Below are positions 36,768 through 47,109 of a stretch of DNA of 64,000 nt, one piece after another. The notes under the pieces were generated by a model. That model was not told the DNA's origin, made no database searches, and worked only from the letters and a program-made list of their open reading frames with translations. The translations under genes were made by a program, and so were the position numbers. How positions within the stretch are numbered: the stretch's first letter is position 1; each line of letters begins with the position of its first letter. Source of the stretch: Patescibacteria group bacterium (GTDB taxonomy: Bacteria > Patescibacteriota > Minisyncoccia > Phycocordibacterales > PALSA-1337); contig JBBTYL010000001.1 in NCBI GenBank assembly GCA_038061795.1, forward strand, positions 65,801-129,800, written 5' to 3'.

Positions 36768-38270
36768 TTGTTGTACTATGATGGAATTATGAATCCAGTC
36801 AGAAAACCAGATTTAGCTGACAAATACCTTAAGATAATCGGCAAAAGGAAGCTGTATCCGCCCTTGAATGGGTATTCGGCTTTTATACAGGGATCGGAAT
36901 ACAACATAAAGAAATATGTTGGTGAGTGGTACAAGAATGAAGTGAGGCCAGATAGCTTTATTCATATAAAGGACGGCTACTCGCAAGTTTGGCTGCCGGA
37001 AGATGACATCAAAGCAGCATCGAAATTCGGTTTTCTTGAGTATCTGAATGATCGCAAAGCATTTGAGTACAGGATGAAGTATTTTTCAGATAGCTCGATA
37101 TGGATGGATAAGCTTTATGAGCAGTCGACATATGAAAAAATTAATTTGAGTGATTGGGATGCCCTAGTCTTGCTTTTAAATGAAGTGCGTGACGTTGTGT
37201 GGGATACGAACGGTGCTTCCTGGTTTACTATATCGCTCGATAAGCAATTTTGTATTGATATCCTCAAGGAGGAAAAATACCCACTTACGGAAGAAAATTT
37301 GAATGCCATGTGGGAAAAGGCTGTCGAGCCTGCATTCGAATCTTTTGACAAGGTTCAATTCAAGCATTTTCTTTTGCTGGTTAAAGAAGGTGAAAATTGG
37401 AATAAGATTGTTGAGAAGTGCCAGTATTTCTTTGCGGATTATCATTCTGTCCGGACGTTGTCAGAAGCTGAAAAAATTCTTAAGGAAAGATTTTCCGGCT
37501 TTATCGGTAATCCGCAGGCAGCAGAGAAGGCTTTGGAATCAGAGGACGACCATCTTGAGATGATTCTGGAAGAACATGAAAAATGGATTGCTGGACTGCC
37601 TGACAATCAGAAAAACATTGCGCATTATCTGCAGACAGCGATGAAAATCAGGGATCGTCGGAAAAACTTCATTGCAAAGGCGATAACGTTGCTGTACCGC
37701 GTAGCAGAAAAGCAATTCAAGGAAGCGGGAATCGACAGGGATCTTATCCCGTATTATACGTTTCGTGAACTCCTCAAGGGCACGGAATATATGCAATCAG
37801 TGAAAGAGGAACTATCTGAAAGGAAAAGGGGCTTCCAGTGGCTGATTCCCTATAATGGGGAGCCTGAAAAACTGAATATTGATATTGACTCTGGCGTTGA
37901 AAAAATAAATACATATTTCAAAGAGTGCCATTCTGATGGCAAGAATTCTGATATTATAAAAGGGCAGTCAGCATTTAAAGGAAAAGTAAAAGGCAAAGTC
38001 AGGATAGTGACTAATGTAAATTCAAATCACGGATTCAGCGATGGTGAAATACTCGTTGCGGGAATGACTCGCCCTGAATATGTCCCTCTTATGAAAATGG
38101 CTGCCGGTATCATAACTGATGAAGGAGGTATTACATGTCATGCAGCTATCGTTTCCCGAGAGCTGAAGATTCCGTGTGTGATCGGAACAAAGATTGCAAC
38201 GAAACTTCTTAAAGATGGGGATGTAGTTGAAGTTGATGCGGATAATGGTATTGTTAGAATACTCAAATGA
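36768..38270 (+). CDS. Swivel-domain paralog S1: variable N-terminal region plus C-terminal PEP-utilizer phosphohistidine domain
   Basis: 500 aa (TTG 36768; first ATG 36789). C-terminus: KGKVKGKVRIV..GEILVAGMTRPEYVPLMKMAAGIITDEGGITCHAAIVSRELKIPCVIGTKIATKLLKDGDVVEVDADNGIVRILK. No ATP-grasp or TIM-barrel motifs. Confidence 0.85.
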   Translation: MLYYDGIMNPVRKPDLADKYLKIIGKRKLYPPLNGYSAFIQGSEYNIKKYVGEWYKNEVRPDSFIHIKDGYSQVWLPEDDIKAASKFGFLEYLNDRKAFEYRMKYFSDSSIWMDKLYEQSTYEKINLSDWDALVLLLNEVRDVVWDTNGASWFTISLDKQFCIDILKEEKYPLTEENLNAMWEKAVEPAFESFDKVQFKHFLLLVKEGENWNKIVEKCQYFFADYHSVRTLSEAEKILKERFSGFIGNPQAAEKALESEDDHLEMILEEHEKWIAGLPDNQKNIAHYLQTAMKIRDRRKNFIAKAITLLYRVAEKQFKEAGIDRDLIPYYTFRELLKGTEYMQSVKEELSERKRGFQWLIPYNGEPEKLNIDIDSGVEKINTYFKECHSDGKNSDIIKGQSAFKGKVKGKVRIVTNVNSNHGFSDGEILVAGMTRPEYVPLMKMAAGIITDEGGITCHAAIVSRELKIPCVIGTKIATKLLKDGDVVEVDADNGIVRILK

Positions 38271-39742
38271 CTTTTAAACAAGAAAATATTTCCGATTCTG
38301 CCATTCATCAAATAATGTCTAAAGACTGGAATTTTGGCATTGACAGAAGAATGACTTACCAGATGATGTATTTGGTTTATTTTGGATATAGGACGCAACT
38401 TAACCGTTTTTTCGGTTTGGATTTTAGAGATTACATCTTTAGGATTAAAGATGGAAACAATGCTCAATACTCCTGGGGTTCGAATCAAAAAACTAATCTA
38501 GATTTGATCAAGAAAAGGCTTGAGACATGTGATAATAAGTTTATTGATTTAATATTGAAGACAATAAATAGCGGCAATAAGAAAGGTAATAGGTATGTCT
38601 CCAGGATGCCGACCAGTTACAGTGGTTGTGATAATAAGAGTCTGTTTGATAAATACGAAGAATTTAAGGAGTATCAGGAAATGATATCGCTCCCGATCTG
38701 GCTAACGTTCGTTCCATTCGAGAATATTTTAACCCAAATTATTACCGACAAACTATATCAGCATGGTTTTTCGAGCGAAGAGGCTATAAAATTTTTTGAT
38801 ATAATTTCAAAACCAGTCAGTGTTATACCTTTGGATAACTATCTGTGCCAGATCAACAAAGCTGCACTACTATCTGTTAAGAAAAAAACACGGATTATTA
38901 ACGAAATTACCGAAGATTTCTCCTGTTTAGGCATGTTTGATTTTAACTATGAACTTACCCCAAGAATTACTCATGAGGAAAGAATTTCCAGCGTTACCCC
39001 AGAAATCGCTAAGGATTTTTTAAGATCGATCAAAAACAAATATAGAGGCAGAAAAAGAAGCACAAATAATGCTATTAAGAAATTTAAGAATGATAAACAC
39101 TTTTTTTCACTATTGAAATTCTATACTCTTTATGCGGATTTTAAGGAGTGGAAAAATTTTTATAGAGAACAGTCTTCGCTTAAGGCTAGGTATTTATTTG
39201 CTGAAATTTCAAGTAGGCTGAATATATCATTGGATGAAGTCGGCTTCATAACTTACGACGAGATTAAGTCAGCGCTGCTTGATAATGTAACTCAAGACAG
39301 ATCATTGCTTCAAAAAAGGATTTCTAATAGCGCTTTAATTTTCATTGAAGACACTTTGTCTATCATTACTGATGATAAGATGCTTAAAATTGTTGATGAA
39401 AAATTGGCCAATAAAATTCAAGATAAAATTACTGGGACTGTGGCGTATCCTGGTATTGTGAGAGGAAAAGTGAGGATAGTTATAAGTAATAACGATTTTG
39501 ATAAGATTTCAGAAGGAGACATTCTTGTGACGAGCACTACTCGCCCAGACTATATCAGGGTTATGGAGAAGTCTGCTGCATTTATAACGAACGAAGGAGG
39601 GATGCTTTCACATGCCGCAATCCTTGCCCGGGAAATGAAGAAGCCTTGTATCATTGGAACAAAAATTGCCACCAGAGTATTAAAGGACGGCGACACAGTC
39701 GAAGTGGATGCAGATAATGGTATTGTTAGGATATTAAAATGA
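38267..39742 (+). CDS. Swivel-domain paralog S2
   Basis: 491 aa. ATGA overlap with S1. C-terminus: GIVRGKVRIV..GDILVTSTTRPDYIRVMEKSAAFITNEGGMLSHAAILAREMKKPCIIGTKIATRVLKDGDTVEVDADNGIVRILK. Confidence 0.85.
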   Translation: MTFKQENISDSAIHQIMSKDWNFGIDRRMTYQMMYLVYFGYRTQLNRFFGLDFRDYIFRIKDGNNAQYSWGSNQKTNLDLIKKRLETCDNKFIDLILKTINSGNKKGNRYVSRMPTSYSGCDNKSLFDKYEEFKEYQEMISLPIWLTFVPFENILTQIITDKLYQHGFSSEEAIKFFDIISKPVSVIPLDNYLCQINKAALLSVKKKTRIINEITEDFSCLGMFDFNYELTPRITHEERISSVTPEIAKDFLRSIKNKYRGRKRSTNNAIKKFKNDKHFFSLLKFYTLYADFKEWKNFYREQSSLKARYLFAEISSRLNISLDEVGFITYDEIKSALLDNVTQDRSLLQKRISNSALIFIEDTLSIITDDKMLKIVDEKLANKIQDKITGTVAYPGIVRGKVRIVISNNDFDKISEGDILVTSTTRPDYIRVMEKSAAFITNEGGMLSHAAILAREMKKPCIIGTKIATRVLKDGDTVEVDADNGIVRILK

Positions 39743-41196
39743 CGACAAAGGAAAAGCTCGAAAAACTAGATATTTTCAATACAAACGTCTGGCTTGAGGA
39801 CGGTCGCTGGATACAAGCTCCGTTGCAATGGATGCTTTTTACTTATTGGCATACAAGTGACATATTAAAGCGTGCGATGCCGGGGGTTGAAATAACGACA
39901 ATCTTTAGCATAGACGGCTATGCCTTTCACAGTACGCACAGTAGAAAAGCAATCTATGATTATTTAAAGAATTCTTATGAAGCAGGCACGCTTCTTGATT
40001 ATGTAAGCAGAATTGATGCGGAGGGAGATGCAGTCTTTAAGAAAGTAGAACAAAATTTTTTGCTTGACGATGAAACATTTATCAAGAATTTCGATTCAGT
40101 CATTAAGACCTACAAGGAATTTATTGGTTTGTGGACTATTGCAACCTTTGCTGGAGATGAGATGACAAAGATAGCCAAAGATACTGGCTATGTTACAGCT
40201 GACGCTGATCTGTTCGGCAGGGTTCAGCCTTTTCTGCGAGACACCTGGATAGAGGAGGAAGTGCATGCCATACGAGACATTGCAGAAAAATATATTAAGA
40301 GATATCCCAATCAAGAAAACTCGATAGCCGCTGCGGTTGAAAATGACAAGGAATTATCTGGATTAGTTGATTCCTATATACAACACTATATTTGGTCTCG
40401 CATCAGCAAATGGGTGGGAGAACCTGTCGACCGAGCACATGCGTATAAGCGATTGTCAGAAGAGATTACGAATATTCTCAAAGGAAATAATGTCAAAGCT
40501 CATAGAAAAGCTATATCTGATCCGGGGTATGATGGAGTGGTAGCGCTTTGTTCATCTTCTGCGTATTGGAGGGCACAAGCAGCAATGTTGGATATGAAGA
40601 TGGCTCATCGCATGAGGCCAATCCTCGATGATATTGGTTCAAAGAACGGCGTGGGATATAAGCTGGTGCTCATGCTGACTCCGAACGAACTATTTGTGGT
40701 GCTTCGGGATTCCAAAAGGGAAATTAAAAATAAGGAGACCGTCTTTTCCCGCGAGAAAGTGTTTTTCAATGCACTTTCGCTTGATGGAGAAGAAATCGTC
40801 TTGACCCCGAATGATCCGCTCTATGCCGAAATTGATAACCTCTATTTGAAGAGACATTATGAACAGACAGGAAGGCTGGATGTATTGAAAGGAATCGGTG
40901 CTTCAAAGGGCTATGTAAAAGGAATAGTAAGGGTCATAGAATCGCAAAAACAATTTGCTGATTTCAAAGATGGAGAGATTTTGGTTGCTGCAGAGACCTC
41001 TCCAACATTCGTGCCTCTTATGCGAGCGTCTTCTGCGATTTTGACCGGTAAGGGTGGAATCACAAGTCATGCCGCCATCGTTTCTCGTGAGCTCGGTAAG
41101 CCTTGTATAATAGCAATCAAGGATGTAACGAGGATACTCCAGACTGGTGATAGGGTGGAGGTGGATGCAAATGCTGGTATAGTAAGAATCATCTAA
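39739..41196 (+). CDS. Swivel-domain paralog S3
   Basis: 485 aa. ATGA overlap with S2. C-terminus: GYVKGIVRVI..GEILVAAETSPTFVPLMRASSAILTGKGGITSHAAIVSRELGKPCIIAIKDVTRILQTGDRVEVDANAGIVRII. Confidence 0.85.
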   Translation: MTTKEKLEKLDIFNTNVWLEDGRWIQAPLQWMLFTYWHTSDILKRAMPGVEITTIFSIDGYAFHSTHSRKAIYDYLKNSYEAGTLLDYVSRIDAEGDAVFKKVEQNFLLDDETFIKNFDSVIKTYKEFIGLWTIATFAGDEMTKIAKDTGYVTADADLFGRVQPFLRDTWIEEEVHAIRDIAEKYIKRYPNQENSIAAAVENDKELSGLVDSYIQHYIWSRISKWVGEPVDRAHAYKRLSEEITNILKGNNVKAHRKAISDPGYDGVVALCSSSAYWRAQAAMLDMKMAHRMRPILDDIGSKNGVGYKLVLMLTPNELFVVLRDSKREIKNKETVFSREKVFFNALSLDGEEIVLTPNDPLYAEIDNLYLKRHYEQTGRLDVLKGIGASKGYVKGIVRVIESQKQFADFKDGEILVAAETSPTFVPLMRASSAILTGKGGITSHAAIVSRELGKPCIIAIKDVTRILQTGDRVEVDANAGIVRII

Positions 41197-42552
41197 ATGA
41201 TTGTGAATACAAAAAAACCAAAATGGACAATGTTAGTAGCACGCAATCAGGAAGTGCTACATTTTGACGCCGTAATGAGTATGCGGAGGGAAGGAATTCA
41301 TGTTGGAGAATATTATTGGAATTCTTTTAACGAGTTTGCATTTAAACATAATACTCCTCTCGTTGAATTTTATTCAGATTTGGAAAGAACTAACTCAACA
41401 CTTGTAAATTTTAACGAAGCTTTGAATAAGGAGTCTGACTCACTCGAACAGGCTCTTGATAAGATCATTCAAAGCATTGAATCTGACCTAAAGCTTGAGC
41501 CGGGTGCCACCAGACTTGATATGAAGAATATTTATTTGCGATTTAGATTGAATATGGGTTACATGATGTTGGGGTACACGTGGGTGTCAGTCTTGACTGA
41601 AAAAATAAGGAATGAAATTGGTGATCCTGCATGGATGAGCATTGAGAAATTGGTTCTTATGCCTTACAAAGCGACTCTTCTCGCCAGAGAGCACAAAGAT
41701 ATTGCAGCTGTCCAAGTAAATCAAAATAATCAATCCGAGGAAAAGCTTAGAATCGAAGCTGAAAAACTGGCTCATTCCTACGGATTCATTCATTCTGAAT
41801 ATCTTTCAGCAAGCTGGACGGCTGCTGACTATTTTGCTGTTCTTAAGGATTTAGCTCCGGACGTTGGTGGTAAAGAAGTCCTTGATGTTGAAAAATTTTC
41901 TTCTTATGTGCGTTGGCTTATACAAATAACACAAAAGATTGTTTATATTTATGATGAGGGGAAAATGTCGCTTGTACGTGCAAACTGGGCATTACGTCTG
42001 ACATTTGAAAAATTAGGACATGATTCACGAACCGTACTTAGGCTTACAGAAAAGGAATTTTTTCGTTGGATTGAGACCGAAGAAATACCCGCGAGCGATG
42101 TTATTGATCAAAGGAGGCACTTTGCCATACTCTCACTTAATGAAAGGTACGAGCATTTTTTTGGCGAAAAAGATGTAATTGAGATTATTAAAGAGCAAGG
42201 AATCAAGGAAGAAGTGACTTTGGAAAATATTACAGAGTTAAAAGGCACAGTCGCTTCTAAAGGATTTTCAAGGGGGAAAGTCAGAGTTGTGTTTAATCAA
42301 GAGGATAGTAATAAATTTGAGGATGGCGAAATCCTTGTTGCTAGCATGACAACACCGGAACTTATAAACGCCATGAGGCGCGCTGCTGCTTACATAACTG
42401 ATGAGGGAGGTACAACTTGTCATGCGGCAATAATTGCACGAGAGTTTCATAAGCCGTGCATCATCGCTACGAAGATTGCTACAAAAGTTTTAAAAGATGG
42501 CGATATGGTCGAAGTGGATGCTAATGCTGGGGTTGTTAGGATATTAAAATAA
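41197..42552 (+). CDS. Swivel-domain paralog S4
   Basis: 451 aa. TAAATG junction with S3. C-terminus: GFSRGKVRVV..GEILVASMTTPELINAMRRAAAYITDEGGTTCHAAIIAREFHKPCIIATKIATKVLKDGDMVEVDANAGVVRILK. Confidence 0.85.
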   Translation: MIVNTKKPKWTMLVARNQEVLHFDAVMSMRREGIHVGEYYWNSFNEFAFKHNTPLVEFYSDLERTNSTLVNFNEALNKESDSLEQALDKIIQSIESDLKLEPGATRLDMKNIYLRFRLNMGYMMLGYTWVSVLTEKIRNEIGDPAWMSIEKLVLMPYKATLLAREHKDIAAVQVNQNNQSEEKLRIEAEKLAHSYGFIHSEYLSASWTAADYFAVLKDLAPDVGGKEVLDVEKFSSYVRWLIQITQKIVYIYDEGKMSLVRANWALRLTFEKLGHDSRTVLRLTEKEFFRWIETEEIPASDVIDQRRHFAILSLNERYEHFFGEKDVIEIIKEQGIKEEVTLENITELKGTVASKGFSRGKVRVVFNQEDSNKFEDGEILVASMTTPELINAMRRAAAYITDEGGTTCHAAIIAREFHKPCIIATKIATKVLKDGDMVEVDANAGVVRILK

Positions 42553-42553
42553 C

Positions 42554-43963
42554 ATGAAGCCCTACGTCGCGATCGGATCAAGAAACAGAACTCTTCTCAC
42601 CGGTTTTGGCGTCCTTCATTCATATATGCGAAAAGTACCTGGCACGGAATGTCAGATTGAAAAAGTTCTCGATGCTGCAAATGGCTATGAGGTCAATCTT
42701 TGTCATCATACTGAAGACAGAAAAAGAATACGTATCCTTATGGAAAAAGAGGTCAGGGAAGGGAAGTACACTCAAAATTTTTTTGATGTAATTGATAAGG
42801 AATATAAAGACGATCTCAAGGGTATCAAGGCTTTTTCTAAAGAGGACTTTTCAAAGCTTGATAATAAGAAACTCATAGAATATTTTAATATATTTTACGA
42901 AATCTATATCTCTACGATTCATCCGATGGTGCTTGGCATCTACGCTTCCGACTTACAGGATGTTTTTGAAAATGAACTGAAGAATATCCTAAAGGATGAA
43001 GCGACTCTAGAAAACATGATCAAATACACAGCTCTTTTCCTGACGCCCACCAGGCTGACGACTGTGCAGAAGGAAGAGCAAGCCCTCTTCGAACTGCAGA
43101 GTGATCCTGAAAATGATAAAGCCTTGGATGATTTGGTTGAATCATTCGGCTGGTTCCATATGGAGTACATTGGCGAGCCACGCACGAAAGAGGAATATCA
43201 GAGGCAGTTGCAGGAACGAATTGAGTCACCGAAGCAAAGACTGCAAGATATCATCAAGGAACAGCGGGATTTTCTTGAAAAAAATAAAGACTATCAAAAT
43301 TTGGATTTCTTCAAGAAGCTGGTATTCATGATGCAGGAATATCAGATCGTCCTTGATTTTTCAAAAGCTGACTTGATCGAAGGCATTTATTACGCACGGC
43401 CATTGCTTTTGGAAATCGGCGAACGAGTCGGTCTTCCGTCTTGGATAGATGTGCGTTTCCTTGCCCCTGACGAGATAAGGGAATTTTTGAGAAGTAATAC
43501 AAAAGTGAATTTTGAATACATACAGGAAAGGAAAAAGCATTGGGCCTGCCTGCTGGAGGATGGAAAAATCACAGCATATTATGGGGATGATGCGGTGAAA
43601 ATAATGGATAGATTGATAGAGAAGCCAGACACGACATTGGTGAAGGAATTCAAAGGCCTTACTGCTTATCCTGGGATAGTAAGAGGTACAGCCTGCATTA
43701 TAAAAGGAGCGGGTGACAGGAATAAATTCAAACAGGGGCAGATTATGGTTACCTATGATACAACTACCGAACTTACTTCAATCATAAAAATAGCAAGCGC
43801 CATCGTTGCTGACTATGGCAGCCTGCTTTCACATACGGCGATTGTCTCCCGAGAATTCAAGATTCCATGCATTGTCAGCACTAAGGTCGGGACTAAACTG
43901 GTAAAAGATGGAGATCTATTAGAGGTCGATGCTGCAAAGGGAATTGTAAAAATCCTAAACTGA
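42554..43963 (+). CDS. Swivel-domain paralog S5 (most divergent swivel)
   Basis: 469 aa. Junction AAATAACATG. C-terminus: GIVRGTACII..GQIMVTYDTTTELTSIIKIASAIVADYGSLLSHTAIVSREFKIPCIVSTKVGTKLVKDGDLLEVDAAKGIVKILN. The His is retained. Confidence 0.85.
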   Translation: MKPYVAIGSRNRTLLTGFGVLHSYMRKVPGTECQIEKVLDAANGYEVNLCHHTEDRKRIRILMEKEVREGKYTQNFFDVIDKEYKDDLKGIKAFSKEDFSKLDNKKLIEYFNIFYEIYISTIHPMVLGIYASDLQDVFENELKNILKDEATLENMIKYTALFLTPTRLTTVQKEEQALFELQSDPENDKALDDLVESFGWFHMEYIGEPRTKEEYQRQLQERIESPKQRLQDIIKEQRDFLEKNKDYQNLDFFKKLVFMMQEYQIVLDFSKADLIEGIYYARPLLLEIGERVGLPSWIDVRFLAPDEIREFLRSNTKVNFEYIQERKKHWACLLEDGKITAYYGDDAVKIMDRLIEKPDTTLVKEFKGLTAYPGIVRGTACIIKGAGDRNKFKQGQIMVTYDTTTELTSIIKIASAIVADYGSLLSHTAIVSREFKIPCIVSTKVGTKLVKDGDLLEVDAAKGIVKILN

Positions 43964-43973
43964 CATAAAAAAA

Positions 43974-44010
43974 CCGGTAGCACATTGACTGGCAGTGCTA
44001 CCGGCAGTTT
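43974..44010. terminator. Bidirectional hairpin terminator at the end of array block A
   Basis: CCGGTAGCAC-ATTGACTGGCA-GTGCTACCGG. A7 lies upstream, so the minus strand has a T7 tail (strong). CAGTTTGG lies downstream, so the plus-strand reading is weaker. Confidence 0.75.
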
Positions 44011-44013
44011 GGA

Positions 44014-44724
44014 CTAGCTAGGCATTCCATGAAGGAGCCATCTTTCGTTTACGATTATTCGGGCAAACTTTCTGACTTCAGCAGCTGTAAGCTGGTAAGT
44101 TTTTGCATATCTTTCCTTGAGTCTATTTTCTGCCATGTCCATGGATGGAGTTAATGGATCCCATGACAAAAAGATACCGTCACTTTTAGTGAATCCCTTG
44201 GCTTTGAGCTGTTGTAGAAACTTCACAAGACCCTTCCTTTTTGACTTTAGGAGTGTTTTTTCGACTAGACCACGACCTGGCTCTCGCTGACTAAAGCTGC
44301 GCTTGATGAAATCACCGACTGTTATCTGTAATTCGCGATTGTAATTGCTACACATATAATCATAGAGATCTCCATACAAACCTGCAACCACTTCACGAAG
44401 TGGGACGTTTTCTATTTTTGCTTTTGAGAGCTTCGACAGTAACTCGTTGTGCCGCACAAGCGCCGGCCAATCATCAGGTGTAAGGCCAAATTGAGCTAGC
44501 TTGGTCTTAATTGCTTTGATTGCTTTCCAACTTAACCCAACATTGGTGTAGAGTGACCCTGAAGCCTCAGTCCTCATACTGACAACAAAGCGATAATGAT
44601 ACGCGGAAACAAGGTCGCCAATTGTGACAAGCTGCTTTTCTTTCGCCCAGCGATTCAATGAGCTCATGTTGAGATGTGACAACGGTAATGCAAAAATTGC
44701 ACGTTCAGACATCTTAGTTTTCAT
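44014..44724 (-). CDS. Hypothetical protein, possible helix-hairpin-helix (RpoA-CTD-like) segment
   Basis: 236 aa. LPLSHLNMSSLNRWAKEKQLVTIGDLVS loosely resembles the alpha-CTD HhH pattern (L-x-L-S-x-R-x-x-N-x-L...I-x-T-I-G-D-L). Otherwise unrecognisable. Confidence 0.5.
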   Translation of the reverse strand: MKTKMSERAIFALPLSHLNMSSLNRWAKEKQLVTIGDLVSAYHYRFVVSMRTEASGSLYTNVGLSWKAIKAIKTKLAQFGLTPDDWPALVRHNELLSKLSKAKIENVPLREVVAGLYGDLYDYMCSNYNRELQITVGDFIKRSFSQREPGRGLVEKTLLKSKRKGLVKFLQQLKAKGFTKSDGIFLSWDPLTPSMDMAENRLKERYAKTYQLTAAEVRKFARIIVNERWLLHGMPS

Positions 44725-44857
44725 TTTTTCCTTTCGAACCGTAGAATACCCGCGACTTAGACGGTGGGTTGTTGGTGTTTAATTAGAGAGACGCTAGCAC
44801 CATATAATCATATTTAGAATATTAGTCAAGTAAACATAAAAATAAAGGCCAACCCTT

Positions 44858-45463
44858 TCAGGTTGGCGCTTTTTGAAATGGAACATGAATTACCGATTGA
44901 TTTGTGACTCGGAGCTCGTCACATTCATTGAGGTGTGGAAAGAAGGCTTCTTTCGGCTCTGGGAATCCTGCGATTGCCCAAGCGATGAAACAATTCCAGA
45001 CTCCATGGCCGAAGACGAAGACCTCGCCGGACGTAATGTGGTGTCTATTGATTGCAACCTGCATTTCATTCTTTATTCTTTGCCCGTATGCCTTATAGAG
45101 TGCAAGTGCTTCTGGGTCTTGCAGGTATGCTTCCGTATCGAACTGGTAACGGCAAGCGAAGGCCCACATTCTGCCGAAGAATTCCTTGTCACTTGGCCAG
45201 AATTCTCTGAGGGGTACGATGGGAATCGATGCCATTTCAGTTCCATTACAAGCCAGATGCGCAGTAACGATTGCACGAGGGGATTCCGAATGAAGGATAA
45301 TGGCTGGCTTGTAATGGAGTCTTTTTAAACGGAGATTGAGGGAGTATCCTTGCAGGATCCCGTTTCCGCTTACCAGCCGGCGAAAATCATACTCAGGATC
45401 ATCCTGGAGTTCAGGCTTTTTCGGGGCATGTATGTGCCGCCAAAGACTGTAGGTTAGTGACAT
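44858..45463 (-). CDS. Histidine-phosphatase superfamily (PGAM/SixA-like) protein
   Basis: 201 aa. N-terminal RH motif (LWRHIHA), LHSESPRAIVTA (S-x-x-x-R-A-x-x-T-A) and a distal His (VFGHGVW). More G+C-rich than the array genes. Confidence 0.65.
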   Translation of the reverse strand: MSLTYSLWRHIHAPKKPELQDDPEYDFRRLVSGNGILQGYSLNLRLKRLHYKPAIILHSESPRAIVTAHLACNGTEMASIPIVPLREFWPSDKEFFGRMWAFACRYQFDTEAYLQDPEALALYKAYGQRIKNEMQVAINRHHITSGEVFVFGHGVWNCFIAWAIAGFPEPKEAFFPHLNECDELRVTNQSVIHVPFQKAPT

Positions 45464-45606
45464 AAGCAGTGCTCTTTTGGGGTTGAGGGTTGGTTTCGAG
45501 GATCAAAATACTTTGTATCTATAGCATATTATTTTAAATAAGTCAATAAAAACGACGCCTTTAAATATGGGGGAAATGTGGTATTGTTTGATTACAAAAT
45601 AGTTGC

Positions 45607-47103
45607 ATGCAAAAAGACTCCACAAACTTCAATATTAAGCCTGACGAATGGGAATTCGAATTTCAGCAAAGGGAAATGCATCCTGCCATAATGACTGATC
45701 TTTGGCTCCGAGCAATCAGGGATCATATGTCTATAGAATTGGATTTTTCAGTGAAAAGTCCTGATTATCTTTTCACTGATGCATATAAGGGGTATGTAAA
45801 AGTTAACGATAAGAAACTAATTCTCAAGAAACTTAGAGAAAAGATAGAGAGTCCTGATTACTTGCAGTATCTCTTTGATAAGACTATGGCAATGCCAAAG
45901 AAGATTGATTCTGTCATGGAAAAATGCACTCAGAATCTTTCTGAAAACCTTTCAAAAAAAGAGTTGGCAGAGCGCTGGAGGACTGTTGAAGAAAGTTATC
46001 TTGAGACGATTCCATGGTTCTATATTCCTTGGTATGTTACAGAGGAAAATATGCTTTCTGATAGGGTCAAGTCAGGTCTTGAAAAATACAGGAAGGAAAT
46101 AGAAAAGCTTATAGATTTCAATACAGCACTGGGAATACTCCTTTTTCCTGCCAAGGAAGCGATTTTTCAGAAAGAGCAAAGGGATTTCTTTAGGCTTGTA
46201 AAAAAGTTGCAGAATAATGAATCTATTGATTCAAATATCGAAAAACACCTCGCTGATTATTCATGGATAAAGACTTTCTTCTTGCTACCTGTTGAACCAT
46301 TAACCAAAGACGAATTACTCAAAAGAATTGACGTGGCTGTGCAGGAGAACCAGCTGGATCAATATGAATTGCAAGAAAAGAAAAAAGCGGAATATGATGG
46401 AATTTCAAAGAAATTATTTGCGCTATTGAAAAACAACAAGGAACTTCTTACCTCAATCGAAAAAGCGAGGGAGTTGGGATGGATACTTACCGCGAGTGTT
46501 GAAGAAGGAACTCGTGCGGCATCAAAGTTGCTTCCATTCTGTAGGATCCTCGCAAAAGCTTTGGACATGCCTTATGAATCTTGGGTACATCTGACATCTA
46601 AAGAGATTTACGATTGCCTGCTTGAGGATAAGAAGGTCTCCTTGGAGGAAATTAGCAACCGAGGTGCTGCTACTGCTGCCATCATGCAAAATGGCGTTAT
46701 AAAATGGATGTGGGGCGATGAAGCAAAAGGATTCAGTGAGCATGTTGAATCTGGGGTCGGAAAAATTGATATGAATGTAAGAGAATTTAGGGGTCAACCT
46801 GCCTTCAAAGGGAAAACCACAGGCGAGGTAAGGATTGCCCTAACGCCCAAAGATTCGAATGATCTTGTTGCAGGAGAAATACTTGTTACTTCAATGACGA
46901 GTCCTGATTATGTACCAGCAATGAGAAGGTCGGCTGCCATTATAACGAATGAAGGTGGTCTATTATCTCACGCGGCTATTATGTCGCGGGAATTCGGCAA
47001 ACCATGCATAGTTGGAACCAAAGTTGCCACCAAACTGCTGAAGAATGGCGTCACAGTTGAGGTAGATGCAGATAACGGTATAATTAGGATACTAAAAACA
47101 TAG
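45607..47103 (+). CDS. Swivel-domain paralog S6
   Basis: 498 aa. First gene of block B. C-terminus: GKTTGEVRIA..GEILVTSMTSPDYVPAMRRSAAIITNEGGLLSHAAIMSREFGKPCIVGTKVATKLLKNGVTVEVDADNGIIRILKT. Confidence 0.85.
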   Translation: MQKDSTNFNIKPDEWEFEFQQREMHPAIMTDLWLRAIRDHMSIELDFSVKSPDYLFTDAYKGYVKVNDKKLILKKLREKIESPDYLQYLFDKTMAMPKKIDSVMEKCTQNLSENLSKKELAERWRTVEESYLETIPWFYIPWYVTEENMLSDRVKSGLEKYRKEIEKLIDFNTALGILLFPAKEAIFQKEQRDFFRLVKKLQNNESIDSNIEKHLADYSWIKTFFLLPVEPLTKDELLKRIDVAVQENQLDQYELQEKKKAEYDGISKKLFALLKNNKELLTSIEKARELGWILTASVEEGTRAASKLLPFCRILAKALDMPYESWVHLTSKEIYDCLLEDKKVSLEEISNRGAATAAIMQNGVIKWMWGDEAKGFSEHVESGVGKIDMNVREFRGQPAFKGKTTGEVRIALTPKDSNDLVAGEILVTSMTSPDYVPAMRRSAAIITNEGGLLSHAAIMSREFGKPCIVGTKVATKLLKNGVTVEVDADNGIIRILKT

Positions 47104-47109
47104 AACAAT